This document shows positions 1-9,242 of a DNA stretch of 53,082 nucleotides, in pieces; within the stretch, counting starts at the first letter, position 1, and every line of letters begins with the position of its first letter. Source of the DNA: Alphaproteobacteria bacterium (GTDB lineage Bacteria; Pseudomonadota; Alphaproteobacteria; RF32; CAG-239); assembly GCA_031550205.1 (NCBI GenBank), contig JAVBOV010000039.1:1-53082 (forward strand). The letters are read 5' to 3'. Position numbers and translations under genes: made by a program. Under the pieces are notes generated by a model that did no database searches, was not told the DNA's origin, and worked only from the letters and a program-made list of their open reading frames with translations.

Positions 1-38
1 CGTAAAATGGTACATTATTGCTTCTTAGGAGATGAGAA

Positions 39-233
39 ATGTATGTTGTTAAGACTATAGATAATAAACAGGTTACGGTGACCAAAAAAGGCATTAATTC
101 TTTGGTTACATATTACTCCGGCGCGCAAAACGCAGGGCTGAAAAACCCGGAAAGGCAAAGATATATTTGGCCGAACAATTTTACATCTTCCGATAAATAT
201 ATGAGTCGCAAGGTTTTCGGACGCCCGATATGA
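39..233 (+). CDS. hypothetical protein (64 aa)
   Basis: ORF preceded by GGAG RBS; stop overlaps next ATG (ATGA). Confidence 0.55.
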   Translation: MYVVKTIDNKQVTVTKKGINSLVTYYSGAQNAGLKNPERQRYIWPNNFTSSDKYMSRKVFGRPI

Positions 234-547
234 TTAGAGGGCTGATTGCATTATTTTCATCGGGAACAATCTTAAATCCGATGGTTTTACTCGGAGTGCT
301 TTCAGGTTTTTTGCTGAAGGCATTTCTTTCTTATGGAGAGATTTTTGCGCTTTACGGCAATTATCATTTTTATATCGGCGTGGTTTTTGTTGCCTTTCTT
401 TATGGTATGATTTTCAAAAAAGTTTATAAAAAAGGCGGGCTTGATTTGGATTTGGGCGAAATGGGGCAAAACCTTGTTTTGGATTCAATTAGGCTTGGTA
501 TTTCAAATGCGTTGGCGGTGGCGTTTATTGCAATGTTGTTTATGTAA
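230..547 (+). CDS. small integral membrane protein
   Basis: 105 aa, about three hydrophobic segments, coupled to upstream ORF. Confidence 0.7.
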   Translation: MIRGLIALFSSGTILNPMVLLGVLSGFLLKAFLSYGEIFALYGNYHFYIGVVFVAFLYGMIFKKVYKKGGLDLDLGEMGQNLVLDSIRLGISNALAVAFIAMLFM

Positions 548-588
548 CTGGATTGAGTTAGCGGTAATTTCTTTTAAATCCCAAAAAA

Positions 589-623
589 CGTCATTGCGAG
601 GAGCGTCGCGACGTGGCAATCTC
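589..623. repeat. REP-like palindrome family A (GTCATTGCGAG...GTGGCAATC)
   Basis: Related copies at ~13406, ~13474, ~21722, 22715, ~30736, ~32140 in both orientations. Confidence 0.85.
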
Positions 624-765
624 AGCTTTATTTTTCTTCAAATCTATTACCTGCATGGGGTTTTTGTTACTTTTTGCTTGCCCAAAAAGTATTGCAAAAA
701 AGGCAGGAAAGAGGAAGGAAAGAGAGAAAGAGGAGAAAGGGGGGGATAAGGATGGTTGGTTTGAA

Positions 766-804
766 CCCCTCACCCCATCCCTCTCCCGCAAGGGGAGAGG
801 GGGG
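766..804. repeat. REP-like palindrome family B (CCCCTCACCCC..CCCTCTCCCGCAAGGGGAGAGGG)
   Basis: Related copies at ~12901, ~21530, ~21883, ~22630, ~25932, ~48090; several preceded by ATAAGGATG. Confidence 0.85.
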
Positions 805-821
805 GGAAGATGGTTTGGTTT

Positions 822-861
822 AAAAAAAGAAAACCTCAAGATGCCCTTTCTTGAGGTTTTC
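822..861 (-). terminator. intrinsic terminator downstream of the tRNA-like pair
   Basis: GAAAACCTCAAGA/TCTTGAGGTTTTC stem followed by T-run on minus strand. Confidence 0.75.
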
Positions 862-905
862 GGTGGTAAAGTAACCTTTAACGCGCTAATCCGCAGTGCG
901 CGTTG

Positions 906-979
906 TACGCATGGCAGGATTTGAACCTGCATCTCCAGTCCCTTGAACACTGTTGTTCTTCCGATTGAACTACATGCAT
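906..979 (-). tRNA. atypical tRNA or tRNA-like RNA, identity undetermined (enlarged anticodon arm)
   Basis: Minus strand ATGCATG-TA-GTTC-AATCGGAA-GAAC-A-ACAGT-GTTCAAGGG-ACTGG-AGAT-GCAGG-TTCAAAT-CCTGC-CATGCGT-A; acceptor, D and T arms pair, anticodon loop 9 nt. Confidence 0.65.
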
Positions 980-1002
980 CTGAAAGTCAAAAATTGACTT
1001 TG

Positions 1003-1150
1003 AGCGGGTAAATGGATTTGAACCAATGACCTCTTGTTAGCAAACAAGCGCTCTACCTGTCTTTTTCTGCTTTGAAACCTGAACTCTTGGCATGTAAAGG
1101 TTTTGGAATAAGCAAAAGAGTTATTTATCAGACATCTGAGCTATACCCGC
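1003..1150 (-). tRNA. tRNA-Gly-like body with 77-nt D-loop insertion and 6-nt anticodon loop
   Basis: GCGGGTA/TACCCGC-T acceptor (Gly-type, U73), GCTC/GAGC D stem, CTTGT-TTGCTA-ACAAG anticodon arm, GGTTCAAATCC T arm; insertion 1058-1134. Confidence 0.65.
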
Positions 1151-1213
1151 GGTTATATATAAAAATTATGGAAAATTTAAAGTAATAGAAATAATAGTTT
1201 TTAAGTGAGTGTG

Positions 1214-1242
1214 AAACTACTATTTAAATGCAGAGGAGTCAA
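1214..1242 (-). promoter_or_regulatory. putative sigma70 promoter for tRNA-like pair
   Basis: Minus strand TTGACT-N17-TAGTTT about 65 bp upstream of the element ending at 1150. Confidence 0.4.
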
Positions 1243-1287
1243 GGGGGAAAAGTAGTCGGTGGTCGGTAGTCAGTTTTTGATAGATTT

Positions 1288-1470
1288 TTAAACAGACTTA
1301 TCTACGTTTTGGCCGTGGGTTTCGGAGGCGGCAACTTTCATGTTGTCGGTGTTTTCCAAGAGCATATCAACCACCATTTGCTGCATTTCGGCAGAATTTT
1401 TTACGGCGGCGATTTTTACGGTTTGCATGGCCAAAGCATATGAACTGATGGCTCCTAACTCTGTTGACAT
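1288..1470 (-). CDS. YjfB-like putative motility protein
   Basis: Short Ala/Met-rich protein ending ...HGQNVDKSV, as in YjfB-type motility proteins; GAGGAG RBS before ATG at 1470. Confidence 0.6.
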   Translation of the reverse strand: MSTELGAISSYALAMQTVKIAAVKNSAEMQQMVVDMLLENTDNMKVAASETHGQNVDKSV

Positions 1471-1599
1471 GTCTACACTCCTCAACCTATAATACAGGCA
1501 TAAAAAATTGACTTTAAAGAGGCATGCGGTTTAAGGCGTGCGCTCGTTAAAATCAATACTTGATAAGTCTTCTTATTCTAGAAACATAACACATAAAGG

Positions 1600-1614
1600 T
1601 TAATTGAAGTTTAA
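1600..1614. promoter_or_regulatory. possible CtrA box TTAA-N7-TTAA
   Basis: TTAA-TTGAAGT-TTAA between the motility-like gene and uvrC. Confidence 0.35.
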
Positions 1615-3404
1615 TGATCGGTGGCGTTCAGGTAATAATTCAAAAAGCAAAGACGGCTCCACAGCAGCCGGGGGTTTACCGCATGCTCGATAAAACCGGC
1701 AAGGTGCTTTATGTGGGCAAAGCCAAAGACATTAAGAAAAGGATTGTTGCTTATACGCACCTTGAAAAGCTGCCGATGCGCCTGCAGAGAATGGTTTTTG
1801 AAACCGTCTCAATGGAATTTATTGTGGTGGAAAACGAGTCTAAGGCCTTAATCTTGGAAAACGAGCTGATTAAGAAACTGGAGCCCAAATATAATATTCT
1901 CTTAAAAGACGACAAAACTTTTCCGCATATTATGATTGATATGCATTCGGATTTTCCCAAGCTCAGCAAGCACCGCGGCAAAAAGAGCGAAAAAAACAAA
2001 TATTTTGGGCCGTTTGCCAATGCCGGCGCGGTTAACAGCGTTTTGGATATTTTGCAAAAGGCGTTTTTGCTGCGGTCCTGCCGCGATGATGTGTTTAAAA
2101 ACCGCTCAAGGCCTTGTTTAATGTATCAGATTAAGCGGTGTTCGGCGCCTTGCGTGGGCAAAATTTCTAAGGAAGATTATAAAAAACTGGTGGACGAGGC
2201 GGTTAAGTTTTTGGACGGTAAAAGCGCCAAGATTCAGGAAAAACTTTCAGTGGAGATGAACGAGGCAAGCGCCAATGAGGACTATGAAACGGCTTTGGTT
2301 CTGCGCGACAGAATCCGCGCACTCAGCAGCATTGCCCGAGGCGGAAAACTGGAATATGAGAACATTAAATCGGCCGATGTGATGGCGATGTATCGGAAAA
2401 ACCACATGGTCTGCGTGGCGGTGTTTTTCATTAGGGCGGAGCAAAACTGCGGCAATTTGACCTTCTTTCCCAAACAGACCGAGGAGACGACCGATGCCGA
2501 GGTTATGGAAGCGTTTTTGAGCAGTTTTTATGCAGAACATATGGTGCCTTCTGAGGTGATTATTTCAGAGCCGATTAATAATGCCGATTTTTTGAGCGAG
2601 GCTTTGCAAACTAAAATTGTTTTTGCAAAAGGCGGCAAAAAAGAAAAGCTGGTTAAATATGCGCACAACAACGCCATGGAAGCTTTGGCGCAGCGGGCAG
2701 CGCAGGCGCTTTCTATGGAAAACAATATGCTTGCTTTCAAAGAGGCTTTTGGTTTGGAAAAGGTGCCGAACCGCATTGAGGTTTATGACAACTCGCATAT
2801 TCAGGGCGCATATGCAGTTGGGGCGATGGTTGTGGCGGATAAGGACGGGTTTAATAAAAAACAATATCGGCTGTTTAATGTGGAAAGCAAGGGCGGAGAT
2901 GATTTGGCAATGATGAAAGAGGTGATGAGCCGCCGCTTTGCTAAACTTACGGATGAAAACAAGCCCGACGTGGTTTTGATTGACGGCGGCAGAAACCAAC
3001 TTAATGCAGTGTTGTCTGCTTTGAAAAGCTTTGAACTTGAAGATATTGTGTTTATTGCAATGTCTAAGGGCGAGTTCAGGAACGCCGGAAAAGAGACGTA
3101 TCATATTGAGAAAAGAGCCGATTTTTCTTTGCCGTTTGCCTCAACAGTGGCGTTTTATGTGCAGAATTTGCGCGATGAGGCGCACCGTTTTGCCATTTCA
3201 AGCCACCGCAAAAAAAGGGCAAAGTCTATTTTTAAATCTCGTTTGGATGAGGTGGAGGGAGTTGGCGCCGGTCGCAAGCGCGATTTGTTAAACTATTTCG
3301 GCTCAGCTGACGAGGTGGCCGATGCCGGTATTAAGGATTTGCAAAAAGTCAGCGGAATATCTAAGAAAACTGCGGAAAAGATTTATAATTACTTCCATAG
3401 TTGA
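1614..3404 (+). CDS. uvrC: excinuclease ABC subunit C
   Basis: GIY-YIG (PGVYRM..LYVGKAK), RIEVYDNSH, LIDGGRNQL, RDEAHRFA, C-terminal HhH. Confidence 0.98.
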   Translation: MIGGVQVIIQKAKTAPQQPGVYRMLDKTGKVLYVGKAKDIKKRIVAYTHLEKLPMRLQRMVFETVSMEFIVVENESKALILENELIKKLEPKYNILLKDDKTFPHIMIDMHSDFPKLSKHRGKKSEKNKYFGPFANAGAVNSVLDILQKAFLLRSCRDDVFKNRSRPCLMYQIKRCSAPCVGKISKEDYKKLVDEAVKFLDGKSAKIQEKLSVEMNEASANEDYETALVLRDRIRALSSIARGGKLEYENIKSADVMAMYRKNHMVCVAVFFIRAEQNCGNLTFFPKQTEETTDAEVMEAFLSSFYAEHMVPSEVIISEPINNADFLSEALQTKIVFAKGGKKEKLVKYAHNNAMEALAQRAAQALSMENNMLAFKEAFGLEKVPNRIEVYDNSHIQGAYAVGAMVVADKDGFNKKQYRLFNVESKGGDDLAMMKEVMSRRFAKLTDENKPDVVLIDGGRNQLNAVLSALKSFELEDIVFIAMSKGEFRNAGKETYHIEKRADFSLPFASTVAFYVQNLRDEAHRFAISSHRKKRAKSIFKSRLDEVEGVGAGRKRDLLNYFGSADEVADAGIKDLQKVSGISKKTAEKIYNYFHS

Positions 3405-3419
3405 AAAATCTGATTTAAG

Positions 3420-4034
3420 ATGAGACATAGTTCAATTTTAGAAGGATTTGAGAACGTGTATAATCTGCCGAATATACTTACAATTTCAAGAATTGCGGTC
3501 ATTCCGATTATGTTTTTATCGGTATATATTCACAGCCGCTGGTGGGTTGATTTGGTGGCGGTTTTATATATTTTTGCCGCAGTAACCGATTATTTTGACG
3601 GATATTTAGCCCGTTCCCGCGGCGAAACGTCGGTTTTCGGCCGTTTGCTGGACCCGATTGCCGATAAGCTTTTGGTGGTGGCGGCACTAATGATTATTCT
3701 CTGCAACAAAATGGTGCACCCGGTCAGTTATGTTCCGGTGATTATTATCTTATGCCGAGAGGTTTTGGTTTCCGGACTTCGAGAGTTTTTGGCAGAAGTG
3801 AGAATCGGCATGCCGGTGACGCGGCTGGCAAAGTGGAAAACCGGCTTTCAGATGGTGGCTTTGGGGCTTATTTTGCAAGATTTTATCGGCGAACTGAAGC
3901 CTTTGGGAGAAATTTTGTTATGGGCGGCCGGAGTGCTTACTTTTACCACCGGATACGGATATTTTCAAAAAAGCGTCGATTATGTGAAAAGTCTGGAAAA
4001 GAAAGCGGCCAAGGTTTCTAAAAAAGCAAAGTAA
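3420..4034 (+). CDS. pgsA: CDP-diacylglycerol--glycerol-3-phosphate 3-phosphatidyltransferase
   Basis: NLPNILT and DYFDGYLAR..G..LDPIADK motif; follows uvrC; true start may be slightly later. Confidence 0.96.
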   Translation: MRHSSILEGFENVYNLPNILTISRIAVIPIMFLSVYIHSRWWVDLVAVLYIFAAVTDYFDGYLARSRGETSVFGRLLDPIADKLLVVAALMIILCNKMVHPVSYVPVIIILCREVLVSGLREFLAEVRIGMPVTRLAKWKTGFQMVALGLILQDFIGELKPLGEILLWAAGVLTFTTGYGYFQKSVDYVKSLEKKAAKVSKKAK

Positions 4035-4727
4035 ATGAGCAGAGAAAAAAAACATATTCTGGTGGTTGATGATGATACGCGTCTGCGTTCGCTGCTGCAG
4101 AGGTTTTTGCAGGACAGCGGTTTTTTGGTGTCGGCGGCAAAATCGGCGGCGGATGCCAGAGAAATGCTTAAGGCATATGTTTTTGATATTTTGATTGTGG
4201 ATATTATGATGCCCGGAGAATCGGGCTTGCAGTTTTTGAACACTTTTCGTAAAACACATGATTTGCCGGTGATTATGCTGACCGCAATGGGCGAAGTGGC
4301 CGACCGGATTAAGGGGCTTGAGATTGGTGCTGATGATTATATGCCCAAACCGTTTGAACCCAAAGAGTTGGTTTTGCGCATTCAGAGCATTTTGAAGCGC
4401 GCCCCGAAAGAAGAGGAAAAAGCGCTTAACCGCCTTGGTTTCGGCGGCAGTTTTTATGAACTGGATAAAAAAGAGTTGAAAGATATTAACGGCAAAGTTA
4501 TACATATTACTCCGGTTGAGCAGGCTTTGCTTAATGTTTTGGGCAAAAAAATAGGCAAGGTGTTTTCAAGAGAGCAACTGGCCGAGATTTTGGGCAATGG
4601 GCAAAGTCCGCGCTCGATTGATGTGCAGATTACGCGTCTGCGCAAAAAAATTGAAAAAGATTCTAAAAATCCCAGGTTTCTGCAAACGGTGCGGGGTAAG
4701 GGATATATGCTTTTGGTTGAGGTATAG
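4035..4727 (+). CDS. ompR: OmpR-family response regulator
   Basis: Receiver (VVDDD, DIMMPG, KPF) plus winged helix (RSIDVQITRLRKKIE, TVRGKGY). Confidence 0.9.
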   Translation: MSREKKHILVVDDDTRLRSLLQRFLQDSGFLVSAAKSAADAREMLKAYVFDILIVDIMMPGESGLQFLNTFRKTHDLPVIMLTAMGEVADRIKGLEIGADDYMPKPFEPKELVLRIQSILKRAPKEEEKALNRLGFGGSFYELDKKELKDINGKVIHITPVEQALLNVLGKKIGKVFSREQLAEILGNGQSPRSIDVQITRLRKKIEKDSKNPRFLQTVRGKGYMLLVEV

Positions 4728-4884
4728 TCAATTCTAGTGAAGTTGGCATATTATTTGCTCGTTTTTTTGTTTTTATTTTTTGATTTTTTTCTTTCTGTAG
4801 GTTGGCTACAGTGCAGAAAAAAATCAAATCTAAAAACAAAAATTCTTCACAATAAGTGCACCAACTTTACTAGAATTAACTATA
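4723..4884. repeat. 162-bp palindromic MITE/RPE3-like element
   Basis: Terminal inverted repeats TATAGTCAATTCTAGTGAAGTTGG / CCAACTTTACTAGAATTAACTATA, long internal hairpin; overlaps the response regulator stop codon. Confidence 0.8.
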
Positions 4885-4899
4885 TGAAAGGACTAATGG

Positions 4900-6261
4900 A
4901 TGAAACTTAGATTTCCAAACAAAATAGAAAAAATGCTGAGGTATTTGAAGCTTAAGCTTTTGCCTAAGACTTTGTTTTTCAGGACAATGATGTTGATATT
5001 TGTTCCGTTGATTGTGGTGCAGATTGTTTCAATTGTGGCGTTTTTTGAAGGAAGCTGGGGCAAGGTCGGCCGCAAGCTTTCCGATAATTTAAGCTCGCAG
5101 ATTTCTTTTATTATTGACACCATAGGCGATAAGAAGGGACAGGAAATCACCAGAATTGTTAATGTTGCCGACAAGACTTTTGAGATTAAGGTGGAGCGTT
5201 TTGAAGGAGCCAAAAAAGTGCCGGCGATGGCTGAGGTAAGCAAGCGAAACAAGATGATTACCAACTTTTTGGAAAAGGCTTTGGTTAAGGAATTTCCGGA
5301 TGCGGTAACCACGGTTTTTATTGATGAAGACCAAAAAGATTTGGTGGTGTTTGTGGACACCAAGACCTCTTTGTTTAAGTTTACAACTTCAACCAAAAAC
5401 ATTTTTTCCACCTCTTTGTTCGGGTTTATGGCTTGGATGGTGGGAACATCGGTTCTTTTGTTTTTGGTGGCGGTGTTGTTTTTGCGCATTCAGGTTCGTT
5501 CGATTGCCGAGCTGGCGCAAGTGGCGGAAGAGTTCGGCCGCGGAATTGATAATAAGAACTTTAAGCCGTATGGCTCTTCAGAGGTTAGAAAGGCCGCAAT
5601 TGCTTTTATTAAGATGAAAGAACGCATTCAAAAGCAAATTTCGGAACGTACGCAGATGCTGGCAGGGGTTTCGCATGATTTGCGCACGCCTTTGACCAGA
5701 ATGAAGCTGCAGGTTGAGCTTTTGAAAGACAACAAGGATAAGGCCGAGTTTCTCTCAGATATTTCCGAGATGGAAAAGATGCTCGACGGTTATTTGTCTT
5801 TTGTGAGCGGAGAGTGCGGAGAAAAGTCGGTTTTCTTTGATGTTAATGAAATGCTACTCAGCATTATTACCAAGTTTCGCAATAAGCCGGCCTTAATAAG
5901 ATATGCTACCAACGATGACGTGAGCGCTATTCAAGGCCGCGAACAGGCGATGAAGCGCGCTTTGACTAACGTGATTTCTAATGCGTTTGATTATGGCAGC
6001 AACATTGCGGTTAAGCTGGAGAGCAATAATAATAAGCTGGAAATTGCGGTGGAAGACGACGGTCCCGGCATTCCTAAGGACAAGCGGGAAGAGGTGTTTA
6101 AGGCCTTTTATCGTTTGGAATCGTCTCGCAACAAAGAGACCGGAGGAGTGGGTTTAGGCCTTTCAATTGCCAAAGATGTGGTGACTTCGCACGGCGGCAA
6201 AATTGAACTTGGCGAGAGCGAGATGGGAGGCTTGAGGGTACTCATTTCTATTCCCTTGTAG
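4900..6261 (+). CDS. envZ: EnvZ-like sensor histidine kinase
   Basis: Two TM segments, HAMP, H-box VSHDLRTPLTR, N/G1/G2 boxes (DDGPGI, GGVGLGL). Confidence 0.88.
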   Translation: MKLRFPNKIEKMLRYLKLKLLPKTLFFRTMMLIFVPLIVVQIVSIVAFFEGSWGKVGRKLSDNLSSQISFIIDTIGDKKGQEITRIVNVADKTFEIKVERFEGAKKVPAMAEVSKRNKMITNFLEKALVKEFPDAVTTVFIDEDQKDLVVFVDTKTSLFKFTTSTKNIFSTSLFGFMAWMVGTSVLLFLVAVLFLRIQVRSIAELAQVAEEFGRGIDNKNFKPYGSSEVRKAAIAFIKMKERIQKQISERTQMLAGVSHDLRTPLTRMKLQVELLKDNKDKAEFLSDISEMEKMLDGYLSFVSGECGEKSVFFDVNEMLLSIITKFRNKPALIRYATNDDVSAIQGREQAMKRALTNVISNAFDYGSNIAVKLESNNNKLEIAVEDDGPGIPKDKREEVFKAFYRLESSRNKETGGVGLGLSIAKDVVTSHGGKIELGESEMGGLRVLISIPL

Positions 6262-6306
6262 GAAGAACTACGAAGTATTGCACAAGTTTGTTAAGTGGTT
6301 CCCGTG

Positions 6307-6336
6307 AAAAAATCCCCTCTTCGGAGGGGATTTTTT
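6307..6336 (+). terminator. intrinsic terminator
   Basis: AAAAAATCCCCTC-TTCG-GAGGGGATTTTTT. Confidence 0.9.
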
Positions 6337-6529
6337 CGGTAGTCAGTAGTCAGTAGTCGGTAGTCAGTAGTCGGTAGTCAGTAGTCAGTAGTCAGTAGTC
6401 AGTAGTCAGTAGTCAGTAGTCGGTAGTCGGTAGTCAGTAGTCGGTAGTCAGTAGTCGGTAGTCGGTAGTCGGTAGTCGGTAGTCGGTAGTCAGTAGTCAG
6501 TAGTCGGTAGTCAGGAGTCAGTAGTCGGT
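6337..6529. repeat. heptamer tandem repeat (CRGTAGT) about 27 copies
   Basis: Mixed CAGTAGT/CGGTAGT units; short arrays also at ~1251-1274 and ~21647-21671. Confidence 0.95.
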
Positions 6530-6545
6530 GGGTGGATTGATGTTA

Positions 6546-6571
6546 TACATCGTGCATCGATGGGCGATGTA
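6546..6571. promoter_or_regulatory. 26-bp palindromic operator-like motif, copy 1
   Basis: TACATCG-TG-CATCGATG-GG-CGATGTA; related copies at 11295 and 11699. Confidence 0.6.
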
Positions 6572-6692
6572 TGAGAGAGAAGTTTTGAGTTTGTGATGTT
6601 TGAGCTTTTATTACTCACTATCGATAGTGCGTAATTTTTTTATGCTCAAATAATTGTATTTGCAATTTTATGTTTTTGGGTTAGTATCTTTC

Positions 6693-6850
6693 TGTCGGCG
6701 GGAAGGCTTGCCGATGGAGTGTCGAAGCTCCCAGTTATGTATCCGCCCCTTTAATGGGGAGCCGGGGAAATAAGTCTATGACAAATACTCCGGACTGTAT
6801 AACTGCAGTTTCGAACTCCCCACCTTTGATTTTTTTCAAAGGTGGTTTTG
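6693..6850 (+). ncRNA. structured RNA or attenuating leader ending in a terminator
   Basis: Nested stems TCGGCG/TGCCGA, GGAGTGTCGAAGCT/AGTTTCGAACTCC, CAGTTATGTA/TGTATAACTG, CCCC/GGGG, CCGGG/CCCGG, then CCACCTTTGA/TCAAAGGTGG-TTTT. Confidence 0.5.
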
Positions 6851-6871
6851 TTTTAACTAAAGATAATTCCA

Positions 6872-6945
6872 TGTCGTCATTCTGAGTGCAACGAAGAATC
6901 CATGGATCCTTCCCCTTCGCTACGCTCTAGGGGGTCAGGATGACG
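6872..6945. repeat. REP-like doublet, family C (GTCATT...GAATC / GGAT...ATGAC)
   Basis: Related doublets at ~7217-7282, ~30788-30872, ~45882-45930, ~46797-46894, ~46948-47031. Confidence 0.8.
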
Positions 6946-6982
6946 AGGATGGAAGATTTACAAAACATGGGAGTTTTATCAT

Positions 6983-7204
6983 ATGTCTAAGAATTACTAT
7001 ATTCATGAGTTTAAATATCGCTTTGCGCAGGAAATTAAGAAGCTTAGGATTGAGAGCGGGCTTTCAATTGAGGAACTTTCAAAAACCTTGAACATTAAGC
7101 AGGCGCAGTTATATGCCTTGGAGCTGGGCAACCATAAAGATTGGGATGCAGTTTTTAATTTGGCGCGGTTTATGAAAAAGAAAGTGAAGGTGGAGTTTTA
7201 TTGA
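6983..7204 (+). CDS. XRE-family helix-turn-helix regulator
   Basis: IKKLRIESGLSIEELSKTLNIKQAQLYALELG HTH_3 pattern; GGGAG RBS. Confidence 0.85.
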   Translation: MSKNYYIHEFKYRFAQEIKKLRIESGLSIEELSKTLNIKQAQLYALELGNHKDWDAVFNLARFMKKKVKVEFY

Positions 7205-7341
7205 GACAAATATCAATGTCATTCTCGGGCTTGACCCGAGAATCCAGGTTAAACAAGTTTGCTGTTTTGTTTTTCTGGATTTCTCGACAAGCTCGAAATG
7301 ACATTACAGAGGAATGGGGGTTGTTTTTGTTGTGGCAAAGG

Positions 7342-7701
7342 CTATTTGCCCGGTTTCATGTTCCACATTTTTTCTAAGGCGTAGAATTGTCTTACTTCAG
7401 GGCGGAAGAGGTGGACGATGACGTCGAAGGCGTCAATTAATATCCAGTCGGCTTTTTCGGCGCCTTCCACGGTTGATTTGAAGCCTTCTTTTTTTAAGGC
7501 CATGAACACCTGGTCAGCCAAAGCGGCCACGTGGCGGTTGGAGGTTCCGCTGGCTACAACCATTTGGTTGGCGATGGAGGTTTTGCCGGCCAAATCTATG
7601 GTAACAATGTCTTCGGCTTTGCCTTTATCCAGGGTTTCTTCAATAATTTCCAAAATGCGCTCTTCAGGCGTAATTTCTTTTTTCTTCAATGCTTTTCCCA
7701 A
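7342..7701 (-). CDS. rsfS: ribosome silencing factor
   Basis: KAEDIVTIDL, SGTSNRHV, WILIDAFDVIVHLF..EVRQFYALEKMW. Confidence 0.96.
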   Translation of the reverse strand: MGKALKKKEITPEERILEIIEETLDKGKAEDIVTIDLAGKTSIANQMVVASGTSNRHVAALADQVFMALKKEGFKSTVEGAEKADWILIDAFDVIVHLFRPEVRQFYALEKMWNMKPGK

Positions 7702-7710
7702 AGCTCTCTC

Positions 7711-8900
<1,190 letters not shown>

Positions 8901-8969
8901 AATGAATCTGGTAAAGAAAAGGGGCTTAGAGCCCCAAATCTAAAGTGTTTTTTAATCTAAAATATAGAT

Positions 8970-9224
8970 TTATTCAGTAACTACTGAAACTACGGTTTTG
9001 TTGCCGGCTTTCTTAGAAAACTCAACTTTACCTTCAGCGGTTGCAAAAATGGTGTGGTCAACACCCATTCCCACATTTTCTCCGGGGTGATATTTGGTAC
9101 CACGCTGGCGGATGATGATGTTTCCCGGTATAACGGCTTGTCCACCGGCTTTTTTCAAGCCCAAACGACGACCTTCACTGTCGCGTCCGTTTGATGAGCT
9201 TCCGCCTGACTTCTTATGTGCCAT
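8970..9224 (-). CDS. rpmA: 50S ribosomal protein L27
   Basis: [30 protein letters not shown]. Confidence 0.99.
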   Translation of the reverse strand: MAHKKSGGSSSNGRDSEGRRLGLKKAGGQAVIPGNIIIRQRGTKYHPGENVGMGVDHTIFATAEGKVEFSKKAGNKTVVSVVTE

Positions 9225-9242
9225 AACTTTCTCTCCTAAACC

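Noticed and set aside
441-950. ORFs 441-749, 591-950 and 613-924
   Set aside because: Translations of REP repeats, a terminator and the tRNA-like element (SLRGASRRGNL, PLTPSLSRKGRG)
906-979. Opal suppressor, tRNA-Sec or genome recoding
   Set aside because: No long variable arm or extended acceptor; TGA serves as a normal stop in uvrC, rlmH and yebC
6337-6529. CRISPR array
   Set aside because: Contiguous 7-bp units with no unique spacers and no cas genes
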